From positions 128,001 through 192,000 of the forward strand of contig JAUVNS010000002.1 of assembly GCA_030599585.1 (NCBI GenBank): 64,000 bases of DNA, in the 5' to 3' direction. The notes beneath the pieces were generated by a model. It saw nothing but the letters and a program-made list of their open reading frames with translations. It ran no database searches and had not been told where the DNA came from. Of the stretch, positions 40,926-50,655 are shown one piece after another; position 1 is the stretch's first letter, and each line of letters begins with the position of its first letter. Source of the DNA: Promethearchaeota archaeon (lineage in GTDB: Archaea; Asgardarchaeota; Lokiarchaeia; Sigyniarchaeales; SOKP01). The position numbers were made by a program, and so were the translations under genes.

Positions 40926-41128
40926 TAAATTTTATATATCTAAGAATATAATATGATTAAATAAATAAAAATCATCAGTTTTTAACATTATCTAACTCAA
41001 AAAGATTATTAGCTTCAAGTATTTATAAATATTATAAGGGAGTATACACCTTATCTTTAAAAATTAGATTAATTTACACAATAGAACTATATTTTGAAAA
41101 AGAATTATAACGGTGTTTTTTAACAACA

Positions 41129-41905
41129 ATGCAATTAAAATCTTTAATTAAAAAGTGGCGCAAATATTCTGAACTATCAAATTTAGGAATAATAGTTCGT
41201 CGAAAATTCTTTAACAACGCCTTTGATGGGGCGCTTACTATTGCGGGCATAGTTAGTGGAAGTTTTATTATATTTCTTTCAAATCCAGCTCAAATTCTAA
41301 GTTCAGCCATTATTATAATAACGGGTTTTTCCACTGCTGTAGCAATTGGCATTAGTGGTTTATGGGGGGCTTTTCTTTCTGAAGAAGCCGAAAGAAAGAA
41401 AAAAATGACTGATTTAAAAAAAGATATGGTAATTTTTGAAGAAGATGAGAAAGGCAAAACAAATTTTAAAGAGATTGATTGTCTAAATAACGATGAGAAA
41501 GAAATTTTAGAAGAACAAGAGATTCAAAAAGCAATGATAACCCCCATAAATTTAAATCACTCTAATAATAAAAATTCTTTAAAGGAAAATAAAAATAAAA
41601 AAAATAATGCATCAATAATCGAACAATCTGAAAGATTTGCCACCATTATCGCATCTTTAGTCGACGGGGGAGCTCCTGTTTTAGGATCGGTACTTCCTTT
41701 GATTCCGTTTTTCTTTGGAGATACATTATCTTTATTTCATTTCATAATTTCTTATGGAGTTTTAATATCTATATTGATTTATTTAGGTATTTTTTTAGGA
41801 AAAATCTCTGGCGGGGGTCATGTTAAGTACGCAATGCATTTAGTTACAGCGGGTGTTGTGACATTACTAGTTTCTCTAATGTTACAATTAGTAATTCCTA
41901 CTTAA
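41129..41905 (+). CDS. VIT1/CCC1 family metal transporter
   Basis: RRKFFNNAFDG, ISGLWGAFLSEEAE, PLIPF. Confidence 0.85.
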   Translation: MQLKSLIKKWRKYSELSNLGIIVRRKFFNNAFDGALTIAGIVSGSFIIFLSNPAQILSSAIIIITGFSTAVAIGISGLWGAFLSEEAERKKKMTDLKKDMVIFEEDEKGKTNFKEIDCLNNDEKEILEEQEIQKAMITPINLNHSNNKNSLKENKNKKNNASIIEQSERFATIIASLVDGGAPVLGSVLPLIPFFFGDTLSLFHFIISYGVLISILIYLGIFLGKISGGGHVKYAMHLVTAGVVTLLVSLMLQLVIPT

Positions 41906-42020
41906 TTTAGCCTTCATCTATAACAAAATATCAAAAAGTTGTGAATAGAAAAAATATTTCGAAAAAACTTAACAAAAAAATCATAAAAATTAGCTTAAAT
42001 CTTATTAAAGTTAAAATAGA

Positions 42021-42734
42021 ATGATAGAAAGATTTAAAACGTACGCAAAAATTTCTGATTTTGGATCTATTGCCCGTCGTTATTTTGTAAATAACTTTTA
42101 CGACGGAATGTTAACTATTATTGGCATTCTATTAGGATTTTTTATACTCATATTTAAAGAAGGACAACAAACTGTAGATAGTCATATTGTATTATTAACA
42201 GGGCTCGCAACTTCAATTTCAATGTTTATGTCGGGATTAAGTGGTTCATACATATCTGAAAAAGCAGAACAGAAGAGATCGAAATCAGAGTTAGATAAGG
42301 CTATGGTAATATTGAAGGAAGAGGACGAAGAAGATAAGTTATTAGACAAAAATGAAATCGAGAAAGCAATGTTGACGGTTAATTTTAATGATAAAAATCG
42401 AATAAAAAATCTAAATTTAAAAAAATCAAATTATAAAAGAAGGAAAGCAAAGACACTACAAGAAAAGGCAGAAAGATTTGCTAGCGTAATTGTATCGTTA
42501 GTAAATGGATGTGCGCCGCTTTTAGGTGGAATTGTTCCATTAATTCCGTTTTTTTTTACTCTAAAAGCAACATTTATTTTCTTCATCTATTCTTTTTTAA
42601 TTGTCTTTATGTGCATTGTTCTTCTAGGCGTTTTTGTAGGTTTTATTTCTCGAGAATCATTATGGAAAAATGTTCTTAAAATGCTAGTCGCTTTTGGTCT
42701 CACTATAATAATTTCAATGCTTCTACTAGATTAA
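42021..42734 (+). CDS. VIT1/CCC1 family metal transporter (tandem paralogue)
   Basis: RRYFVNNFYDG, SGLSGSYISEKAE, PLIPF. Confidence 0.85.
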   Translation: MIERFKTYAKISDFGSIARRYFVNNFYDGMLTIIGILLGFFILIFKEGQQTVDSHIVLLTGLATSISMFMSGLSGSYISEKAEQKRSKSELDKAMVILKEEDEEDKLLDKNEIEKAMLTVNFNDKNRIKNLNLKKSNYKRRKAKTLQEKAERFASVIVSLVNGCAPLLGGIVPLIPFFFTLKATFIFFIYSFLIVFMCIVLLGVFVGFISRESLWKNVLKMLVAFGLTIIISMLLLD

Positions 42735-42814
42735 AAAAATATCTAATTTTATCGAAAAATTAAAATTTTTAAAACAATTTCATTACAAAAATAATAAATT
42801 CTATTTGATTAAAA

Positions 42815-43591
42815 TTGACTTTTATAGGTATTGATATTGGTTCTCTTGCCACAAAAATCGTTTTGCTCAGCGAGGGAAAGATGATAGATCACCGTACAGA
42901 ACGCTCAACTTATGATTTTAAAAAGATAGGTCATAATTTATTCGATGACTTATTGGATAAAAATAGTTTGAAAAAATCTGATGTGTTCGTTATGAGTACC
43001 GGTTATGGGCGGAATACGATCGATATTGCTGATGATCGGGTCACTGAAATTACTGCCCACGCAAAAGGTACGCAATACTTCTTCCCAGATGTACATTCAG
43101 TTATAGACATTGGTGGTCAAGACAGTAAGGCTATTGTAATATCTAATAAAACGGGAAATGTTGTAGATTTTCAAATGAACGATAAATGCGCAGCAGGGAC
43201 TGGCAGATTTTTAGAAGTTATGGCTCATGCTTTGGAGGTTCCCATTGACCAATTTGGAGATTTAGCTTTAAGATCTAACAAATCGGCTTCAATAAGTTCC
43301 ACATGTACTGTTTTCGCAGAGAGTGAAGTCATAAGCTTGTTTGCGAGGGGCGCTTCAAAAGAAGAAATTGCCAGTGGGATTCATAGATCAATTGCGAGAA
43401 GAGTTGCTGGAATGTCTAAACGTATCGGAGTTGGGCCAAAATTAGTTTTTTGTGGTGGAGTTGCGTTAAACCCTGCTGTGAAAAAATATCTTGAAGACGA
43501 ACTTGGATATGAAGTCGAAATTCCCGAATTTCCACAATTAACGGGAGCTATCGGTGCTGCTTTAATCGCAGAAGCGAACAACTCGCAGTAG
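42815..43591 (+). CDS. hgdC: 2-hydroxyacyl-CoA dehydratase activator (HgdC/BadG ASKHA ATPase)
   Basis: GIDIGS, TGYGR, DIGGQDSK, MNDKCAAGTGRFLE, STCTVFAESE. Confidence 0.93.
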   Translation: MTFIGIDIGSLATKIVLLSEGKMIDHRTERSTYDFKKIGHNLFDDLLDKNSLKKSDVFVMSTGYGRNTIDIADDRVTEITAHAKGTQYFFPDVHSVIDIGGQDSKAIVISNKTGNVVDFQMNDKCAAGTGRFLEVMAHALEVPIDQFGDLALRSNKSASISSTCTVFAESEVISLFARGASKEEIASGIHRSIARRVAGMSKRIGVGPKLVFCGGVALNPAVKKYLEDELGYEVEIPEFPQLTGAIGAALIAEANNSQ

Positions 43592-43703
43592 ATGAGAAAT
43601 ATTCTTTTGACTTAATATTTTTATCTATATTTTAAGTCGGTAAACTTTTTTAAAGAATTAATCTTTTTCTGACAAATAACATTAAACAGTTGACTTTATC
43701 ACG

Positions 43704-44843
43704 ATGGATGACTCTAATCTACTATCTGATTTTACTTTCTTCCTTAAGGAAAAAAAACAGGAAGGGATCAAAATTGTCGCTTACTTATCCCACGATAACA
43801 TTCCCGAGGAGTTGATTGACGCTGCTGGTTTTTTCCCCTTAAGGTTAATCTTTGGAGGGAACGATGAACTAATGGACGCAAGTCACGATTATTTGCCACC
43901 TTCCACATGTGCATTTGCACAATCATGTATTGGACTATTTTCAATTAAGCCAAACTACTACAAGTTTTTGGAATTGGTTGATTACATCATAGTTTCCAAT
44001 CACTGCGTATCAGACATTTGCGTTTCAGAAATCATTTCCAAATACTTTAACATTCCTCGTTTGAATTTTTATGTTTCGTATACAAAGAATGAAAACAGTC
44101 TAAAATATTTTAAGCTCGAATTACAAGACTTTAGAAATCAACTTGAATCTACTTTGGATAGAAAGATATCCGATGAGGATATACACAACAGCATATTAAA
44201 ATTCAATAATTTCAAAAAAAAGTTATTAGAAATTAATGAACTGGAAATGTCAGGCTCGGAAAAATTGAAATTAATTCATAAATCAATGCTATTTGGACCA
44301 GATTTTCTTCACGACTTAGAAAATTTGATTCAAAAATTTAAAGACGCACCTCAACCAGTTTCCAATACAGCTATAGAAGTTTTACTTACGGGGTGCTCTA
44401 TCTTTATTGATGACAACATGATAGACTTGATTGAGGAGGGGGGAGGTAACATTGTTTTTTTTGATACCTGGATTGGGAACCATTATTATTCACAAATTAT
44501 CGAAGATAATCTAATAGATATAGAGAAAGATCCTTTGGATTTGTTAGTTCTTAAGTTTAAAAATAATATTTATAGTGACCATAGCGTACCTGACTTTCTT
44601 GAACGGAAAGTATCACATATTCTGAGATATTCTGAAAATTACGCAAAAAATAAAGGCAGAAAGTTAGGGGTCATCAATCACATAATTAAGTTTTGCGACC
44701 ATATTTCGCTCATGTCTTCTTTCTTAAAGGATACATTACAAAAAAAGGGGATTCAAGTACTAAATTTAGAAAGAGATTATTCCAGAGCTAACCGTGGCCA
44801 ATTATCAACAAGAATAGAAGCGTATTTGGAGATGATGAAATGA
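43704..44843 (+). CDS. 2-hydroxyacyl-CoA dehydratase subunit (HgdA/B, D-component family)
   Basis: PEELIDAAG, TCAF, IKFCD, LERDY..GQLSTRIEAY. Confidence 0.88.
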   Translation: MDDSNLLSDFTFFLKEKKQEGIKIVAYLSHDNIPEELIDAAGFFPLRLIFGGNDELMDASHDYLPPSTCAFAQSCIGLFSIKPNYYKFLELVDYIIVSNHCVSDICVSEIISKYFNIPRLNFYVSYTKNENSLKYFKLELQDFRNQLESTLDRKISDEDIHNSILKFNNFKKKLLEINELEMSGSEKLKLIHKSMLFGPDFLHDLENLIQKFKDAPQPVSNTAIEVLLTGCSIFIDDNMIDLIEEGGGNIVFFDTWIGNHYYSQIIEDNLIDIEKDPLDLLVLKFKNNIYSDHSVPDFLERKVSHILRYSENYAKNKGRKLGVINHIIKFCDHISLMSSFLKDTLQKKGIQVLNLERDYSRANRGQLSTRIEAYLEMMK

Positions 44844-46198
44844 GTCTAATTGCCGATGAGATAGTATCTTTTAGTTCAGTATTACGTATTGCTTACAATC
44901 TGTTAAACGGGAGAAACTACCTAAAAAGGAAGAAATTTCGAGATAAAGAAAAATTAGTAGCTATAACTTTGCCGTTTTCGGATTTAGCTTTTGCTGCAGG
45001 CACGGTACCAGTTTTACCAATAAGGATGCACAAATTTGAAATAAGTCAATACCTAAATTACCTAGGTTCTGCTTCTAGTATTTTTGGGTGGAATTCTGTT
45101 TCGAATTTTCTAAGCTTTGTTAAAAATCTGGGCATAGAACAAGTAAGTAAAATTATTGACGATATTATAGAGGGTGTAATTGATACCATTAATATAAAAT
45201 TCAACGAAATGTATGACGTAGGAGTTGAAAATGGAATTTCAAGTGATTTCTGTTACGGATTAAAAAGTTTAGCTGGCATGTATTTTACCAAAGGTCAAAA
45301 TGTTGATGCTAGTTTAAATGTTACTATTCGATGTAGTGCGTATAATAAATATTTAGAGTCTTTGAAATCAATTCATGAAGGACCAAAACAAATCTGGGTT
45401 GATATTCCACCGAGAAATCTGGGAAACTCAGTAGAATTACTCACTGATAATATTTCAAACGCCTTAAACGAGTTCGAGAAGCTAACAGGAAATAAGGTAT
45501 CAGATAACGATTTGAGAGCCCATTTTAAAATTGGAAATCAAGTAAAAAGGTCGTATAAGAACATAATTTACGATATAAGTGCTTCTGACTTTTATCCTTG
45601 CAATCCCGCAACTTTTAGTGAAATTATGGCACTGTTAAGTATTACATTTCAAGATTATAACTCTAATGCGGTTCGATATAGAGACAACATCGTATCCCTA
45701 GAAAAAGAGATGAGAGAAAGAATTAGAAAGGGAGTTGGTATGGATGTGTCAAAAATGCCGAGGATTTTCGTGACCCCCATGTTCGGAGGATGGGAACCCA
45801 AAAGTCATGATATAATATATGAGTTAGGAGGAAGAGCTTTATACGCTGATTGGGAACTACTAAAATTCTTGGAAGAAATACCAACTGGATCACACACAAA
45901 TCCTTCTGAAGAATACGCACGATTTCTTATGAATGCTACAGAAACAGGAATAGGTTGTGATAATGACAAATTAACAGATTCCTACTTGGAAATGGCAAGA
46001 AAGCTAAATGCAGACGGTATAATATTCTTTCAATTATTTGGGTGCCATTCCATCTCAAATTGTTATGCGATGTTAAGAGAGAAAGTAAGACGAGAACTTG
46101 AAATACCGATTACAGCAATTACTTTCAATAAAATTGGGGATAATGTAGAGCAAGTGAAGACAAGACTCGGTGCCTTTATGGAAATGTTTAAATTTTAG
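44840..46198 (+). CDS. 2-hydroxyacyl-CoA dehydratase subunit (HgdA/B family)
   Basis: DFCYG, RCS, ADGIIF..GCHS, QVKTRLGAF; ATGA overlap with the upstream gene. Confidence 0.85.
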   Translation: MSLIADEIVSFSSVLRIAYNLLNGRNYLKRKKFRDKEKLVAITLPFSDLAFAAGTVPVLPIRMHKFEISQYLNYLGSASSIFGWNSVSNFLSFVKNLGIEQVSKIIDDIIEGVIDTINIKFNEMYDVGVENGISSDFCYGLKSLAGMYFTKGQNVDASLNVTIRCSAYNKYLESLKSIHEGPKQIWVDIPPRNLGNSVELLTDNISNALNEFEKLTGNKVSDNDLRAHFKIGNQVKRSYKNIIYDISASDFYPCNPATFSEIMALLSITFQDYNSNAVRYRDNIVSLEKEMRERIRKGVGMDVSKMPRIFVTPMFGGWEPKSHDIIYELGGRALYADWELLKFLEEIPTGSHTNPSEEYARFLMNATETGIGCDNDKLTDSYLEMARKLNADGIIFFQLFGCHSISNCYAMLREKVRRELEIPITAITFNKIGDNVEQVKTRLGAFMEMFKF

Positions 46199-46259
46199 AT
46201 ATTTATCCTTATTTTGGAAGAAATTAAGTTTAATAATAACGTCATGAAGTAAAACAAAT

Positions 46260-47366
46260 TTAATGACTGATTTTTGCTTTTGAACTTCTTTTTATTTCAA
46301 ACACTTCTTCTCCTTTCATTTGTTTCGTTATATAGTCAGCCAAATTTAAGTTCAAAATGTTTCTTCCCTCTTTTTTAAAATCACATCCACATAAAATCGA
46401 AGATAAATTTATGATAGAATCAATTATAGGTGTAGAAATTTCTAAGAATTCTCCTAATGACGCCATAGGTACAAGTCCAGTTGGAATATCCTCAGTGAAA
46501 TATCTAGTTATTAATTCTTTTGGAGCAGCAATGTTTTTATATGCTTTTACTTTTTGAATAGCTTTATAGATACTGTTTGCTTTAAATCCATAAGATTTCT
46601 CCACCCATTTACAAAAATTTATTTGTTTTAAATTTAACTTTTCAAAAATCTTTCTGAATTCCATTTGAAGAGTCTCAAGAATTTCACAAGTATGTGAAGA
46701 TGCCCCTTGTGCATAAAATTTGAACGTTCTTCCATAATCTATTGCACTAGCGTTCATTAATGAGAGAGTTGGATGCAATAACATCCCAATATTATTTAAT
46801 GTAACTTGCAGATAATTATCATTAGGATTCATTTGGGGAAAAACATCTTTCAATGTATCACTGATGAAAAACGTATCCTTCTCTGGAAAAGCCGAAAATT
46901 CAACAGAATCCTTGAATGTAAGAATTTGGACTTTATTTTTTTTCAATTGTCTTGATGTAAAAAGTAATGTTTGAGTTTCAGCAATAAAAATAGGGAGATT
47001 CCCTCTTTCATTTTCTATTATACTTCTAACCTCTACAGCTCCAAAAGTTCTACCTGGATTCAACAATATTGTCTGATCGTTTGTTAAAAAAGGTGCAATG
47101 TTTTTAGCAATACTTTTATGTGCTGAAGCAGGAGTTACTATTAAAATAATATCTACATCCTTAACGGCCAAATGTAATTTTTGTGTAACTAGATCAATGG
47201 GAAAAAAACCTTTTAATTTTCCTTTTGCTTTTATACCTCCCTTCTTTTTGATTTCACAAATTCTAGAATATGAACGGTTATAAAGGTTCACAGAATGTCC
47301 TTTAGATGATAAATATGCCGCAAACGCTCGACCACCATTTCCGGCTCCAATAACACAGAATCTCAT
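46260..47366 (-). CDS. NAD(P)-dependent opine (octopine/nopaline) dehydrogenase family protein
   Basis: GAGNGG, LNPGRTFGA, AETQT, NIGMLLHP, RYFTEDIPTGLVP. Confidence 0.9.
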   Translation of the reverse strand: MRFCVIGAGNGGRAFAAYLSSKGHSVNLYNRSYSRICEIKKKGGIKAKGKLKGFFPIDLVTQKLHLAVKDVDIILIVTPASAHKSIAKNIAPFLTNDQTILLNPGRTFGAVEVRSIIENERGNLPIFIAETQTLLFTSRQLKKNKVQILTFKDSVEFSAFPEKDTFFISDTLKDVFPQMNPNDNYLQVTLNNIGMLLHPTLSLMNASAIDYGRTFKFYAQGASSHTCEILETLQMEFRKIFEKLNLKQINFCKWVEKSYGFKANSIYKAIQKVKAYKNIAAPKELITRYFTEDIPTGLVPMASLGEFLEISTPIIDSIINLSSILCGCDFKKEGRNILNLNLADYITKQMKGEEVFEIKRSSKAKISH

Positions 47367-49117
47367 TTATCCAACACCTTTGTGATGGATTTTTCTTTTT
47401 GTTGTAATGAATTAGTAATATTTTTAAATGGGCTATTAAAAATAATGTCTTTTATTCTTTCAAGTTCATCGTAAGGTTTTTGTTGAGACTCATTCCATGA
47501 GTAGCAAGCACCATTAATTAAATTGGTTTTAATTTTACCTAACGCAAATTTATTATTGTTCAAATGTGGAGCGTCAAATATACCATATTTTACGAGTCGA
47601 TTTAAAACTTTATAATTGGTATATGGACTTTTCGATTCATCTTCATTTTTTGTTAAATGTGGTATTAAGTCGACTATCCATTTGGCTTGTCCTATTAATT
47701 CTTCTTTCCTTTCCTCAATTTTTTTATCTATAATGTTAATTTTACTAGAATAAACGTTATCTATAACTTGATCCACTATTTTACAACTTTCTATTATATT
47801 TTCTGGTCGAGCTGTATGGCTAGCTTCAGAAAAACTAACTACATGAACAATGTCTGGTCTAATAGCTAATTGAACAAACGTCGCTAGAGCAAGCTGTCCT
47901 TTGGCTTTATCCAAATCTAATGGGAAACTTGCTAATCCCGTCCGAACTTGTTTAATTATCGTAAAGTTCTCATTGACGAGCGTTTGAAGTAACTCATCTT
48001 TAGCGAGAATTTTTGCTAAGTCCATATCAAGTGAACTTGATGGAGGTGTATTAAACATATATTGTGCTATAAAATTTTTGACGCCTAATTTTTTCGCTAT
48101 AATTCCACTTAAATACATATCGGCAACAGCTATAGCATCAGGAGCATTTCGAAGGCTCCATTGATGTGGATCGTTTACTTCAACGGGAATATTATGCTTT
48201 CCGTACCATTCTATTGCGTTTAGATGCTGTTTAATCGATTCTTTTAAAGTTAAAGGCCCTCTTCTATCCATTTGATTGAACCAAAAAATAGGAATTGCCG
48301 CCCAAGCATTTTGAATTGTATCTCGATACAATTTTCCTAATTTAATGAAATCGCGTGTTCCAGCATATATCCTTAACATAGGATAGTTTCCAGTTAATCT
48401 TGCTTGATGGAGCTTTTCGAAATCTTGTTGAGTGCGCAAAGGAACCCCGCCCGCTCCAGATGATTCTTTATCTTGATTTTCAGGGTGGAAGTAATTTGCT
48501 TGCGTATTTTGATCGGGCGCAATTGAAATAACATCTAAGACTTTTGCTTTAGCAATTTTTTTTATTCCTTCGATTGTTTCATCGAAATTAGGTAATCCAA
48601 AGTGCGCTCTAATTACAGGATAAGGTTTCTTCCATTTTATTCGAGAAATAATGTCCATAGGGATTTCTGTTTTACTTTCTGATTTTCCTTTCTCATTTCT
48701 TAAGATAGAAATTAATTCAAATTTTGATTCCCCTCCGACAAAATATTCATCGATCCCTTCATATTTTCTTGCAATCTCAACTACTTCAGGTGTTCCCGCA
48801 AAAAATAATTTTTTTGGTTTTTTTTCTAATTTTATAAAACTTTTGAAAAATTCATTTAGTAAAGGTCTAACAGTGTCTGCCGTTAAACGATAACTTAACC
48901 CTACAATGTTAGGGTCATACTTTTTAATTTGATCGATAACAATTGAAATAGGGGTAGCAGGTCCTAAAAATAAATTATTATAACCTAACTGTTTTGAAAT
49001 TTGAATGAAATTATATGTACCAGCTACATGAACGCATTGTCCTATACATGCAGTTAAAATTCTTTTATTTTTTTTTTTCTCTAAATATGTGTTAGTCATC
49101 ATTATTGAATAAAACAC
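47363..49117 (-). CDS. Cobalamin-binding protein: N-terminal B12 domain plus aminomutase-like TIM barrel
   Basis: CVHVAG..GLSYRL..FVGG base-off/His-on pattern; DVISI..GAGGVPLR resembles the OraE barrel segment; stop overlaps the opine dehydrogenase start (ATGA). Confidence 0.75.
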   Translation of the reverse strand: MFYSIMMTNTYLEKKKNKRILTACIGQCVHVAGTYNFIQISKQLGYNNLFLGPATPISIVIDQIKKYDPNIVGLSYRLTADTVRPLLNEFFKSFIKLEKKPKKLFFAGTPEVVEIARKYEGIDEYFVGGESKFELISILRNEKGKSESKTEIPMDIISRIKWKKPYPVIRAHFGLPNFDETIEGIKKIAKAKVLDVISIAPDQNTQANYFHPENQDKESSGAGGVPLRTQQDFEKLHQARLTGNYPMLRIYAGTRDFIKLGKLYRDTIQNAWAAIPIFWFNQMDRRGPLTLKESIKQHLNAIEWYGKHNIPVEVNDPHQWSLRNAPDAIAVADMYLSGIIAKKLGVKNFIAQYMFNTPPSSSLDMDLAKILAKDELLQTLVNENFTIIKQVRTGLASFPLDLDKAKGQLALATFVQLAIRPDIVHVVSFSEASHTARPENIIESCKIVDQVIDNVYSSKINIIDKKIEERKEELIGQAKWIVDLIPHLTKNEDESKSPYTNYKVLNRLVKYGIFDAPHLNNNKFALGKIKTNLINGACYSWNESQQKPYDELERIKDIIFNSPFKNITNSLQQKEKSITKVLDK

Positions 49118-49454
49118 CCTTTAAACAATATTTGAACTACGCATTAAAGAAACTTACTTAATAACGAGTAGTGGTTATTAAAATTCGATCGAATAATAAC
49201 AGTATATAACCAGTTGCTCTAGTTATATCTCTAATTTATTGGATACAAAAATATATTCTAATATTTAGATAATTAATACCGTTTCAAGTTTCAATGCAAA
49301 ATTCTTCCTATCATACTAAATCTATTATAATATTTAAAATTAAGCGTCCTTTAAATAGAATAAGAGCCAAATTTTAATTCTGCAATTATTTAGATGCTTT
49401 TTTTAGAACTTTTTTTAATAAAAATTAAAAATTATCCTTAAAAAAAAAAAAAAA

Positions 49455-49528
49455 TTCATATTTTCATTTTCTTTTTTTAAAATTTGTTTCGTTACCATTC
49501 AGAATTAAATCATAAACCCATGGAATTT
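49455..49528. repeat. ~73-bp direct repeat, copy 1
   Basis: Matches 51657-51728 with 6 substitutions and 2 indels by manual alignment. Confidence 0.9.
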
Positions 49529-50613
49529 TAAATATCGATAAATTTCTTATGGATATAGGGACTAGTCATTGCTCTTAAAAGAGCTTCATAATTTAAATCA
49601 AAATGCAATTTTTGTCCAATCTGAAATTGATTATCTCTTATATCTACAACTAAGTAGTCGCTTGAAGCTCCAAGAATATTAATACTTTCTTTAGGATTTA
49701 ATCCTTTTACTGCAATATCTTGTCTACCTATATTTAAAAGTGCTTGTGTTCTAATTGTAACGCTTTTTTTTCCGTTGTTAATTTTTTTATTATAAGTTTG
49801 GACACTTTCCCCAAATGCATTTGATACAATAATCCCTTTGGGGATCATAGATCTTTGTTTTAATTCAACAATTTCTGTTATTAACCTAAAAGCGTCTGTA
49901 TAAAGATTTGGAATTGGTTCATAATTTATTGTTTCTTTTCCTAGAAATATAGCTTCTCCAATTCTAAAATTATTTATTTCACCAATGTTTTTACACGATT
50001 TAAACCAGTTAAAATTTGCAGAATTTCCTCCTGAAACAAATTCTAATTCCAATTCAAATTTATCCTTGATCCTAAAGACTAATTTTGAAAATTCATTCAT
50101 ATTTTCATCTGTCGGGATGATACCACCAAAACATTTGAAATTTGTACCAATTCCACTTAAATTTATATTTTTTAGTTTTAAAATCTCTTCGACAAAAAAT
50201 TCAATATTGAAGATATTTATTCCTTCTCTTAAATCTCCCATATCTACCATTAGAATTATATTATGTATCTTTTTTTGTTTAACGGCTTCATTTGAAAGCA
50301 TTCTTATGGTCTTTAATTCTGAATTTAGGCTATAATTTGCGTATTTAACAACAAGAGGAATTTCAGTAATGCTTGGAATACGAATTAAAACAAATTGAGC
50401 TCTAATATTATTTTTTTTCATTTTAATAATATTGTTAATTCGTGAATCTCCTAAATACTCTATTCCTCCTTGAACCAATGTCATTGCAATAGTAGGGTTT
50501 CCTAAGACAAGTTTTGTAATTCCAATAATAGATACATTTCGCTGAGTTAAAAGATTCTTTAATAATTTTGCGTTATGTCTAATTTTTCTCAAATTTATTT
50601 CAAGTATTGCCAT
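49528..50613 (-). CDS. PLP-dependent alanine/ornithine racemase family (Orr-like)
   Basis: GITK (PLP Lys), DSRI, NSE, MVDMGDLREG, SGGNS, RIGE, GASSD, YEALLRAMTSPY. Confidence 0.9.
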   Translation of the reverse strand: MAILEINLRKIRHNAKLLKNLLTQRNVSIIGITKLVLGNPTIAMTLVQGGIEYLGDSRINNIIKMKKNNIRAQFVLIRIPSITEIPLVVKYANYSLNSELKTIRMLSNEAVKQKKIHNIILMVDMGDLREGINIFNIEFFVEEILKLKNINLSGIGTNFKCFGGIIPTDENMNEFSKLVFRIKDKFELELEFVSGGNSANFNWFKSCKNIGEINNFRIGEAIFLGKETINYEPIPNLYTDAFRLITEIVELKQRSMIPKGIIVSNAFGESVQTYNKKINNGKKSVTIRTQALLNIGRQDIAVKGLNPKESINILGASSDYLVVDIRDNQFQIGQKLHFDLNYEALLRAMTSPYIHKKFIDI

Positions 50614-50655
50614 TTTAATTCACATAATACAATTTGTTTTTAGTTTGAATGAAAG

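Noticed and set aside
49118-49454. Cobalamin riboswitch upstream of the B12 protein
   Set aside because: The region is extremely AT-rich and no B12-box-like consensus is visible
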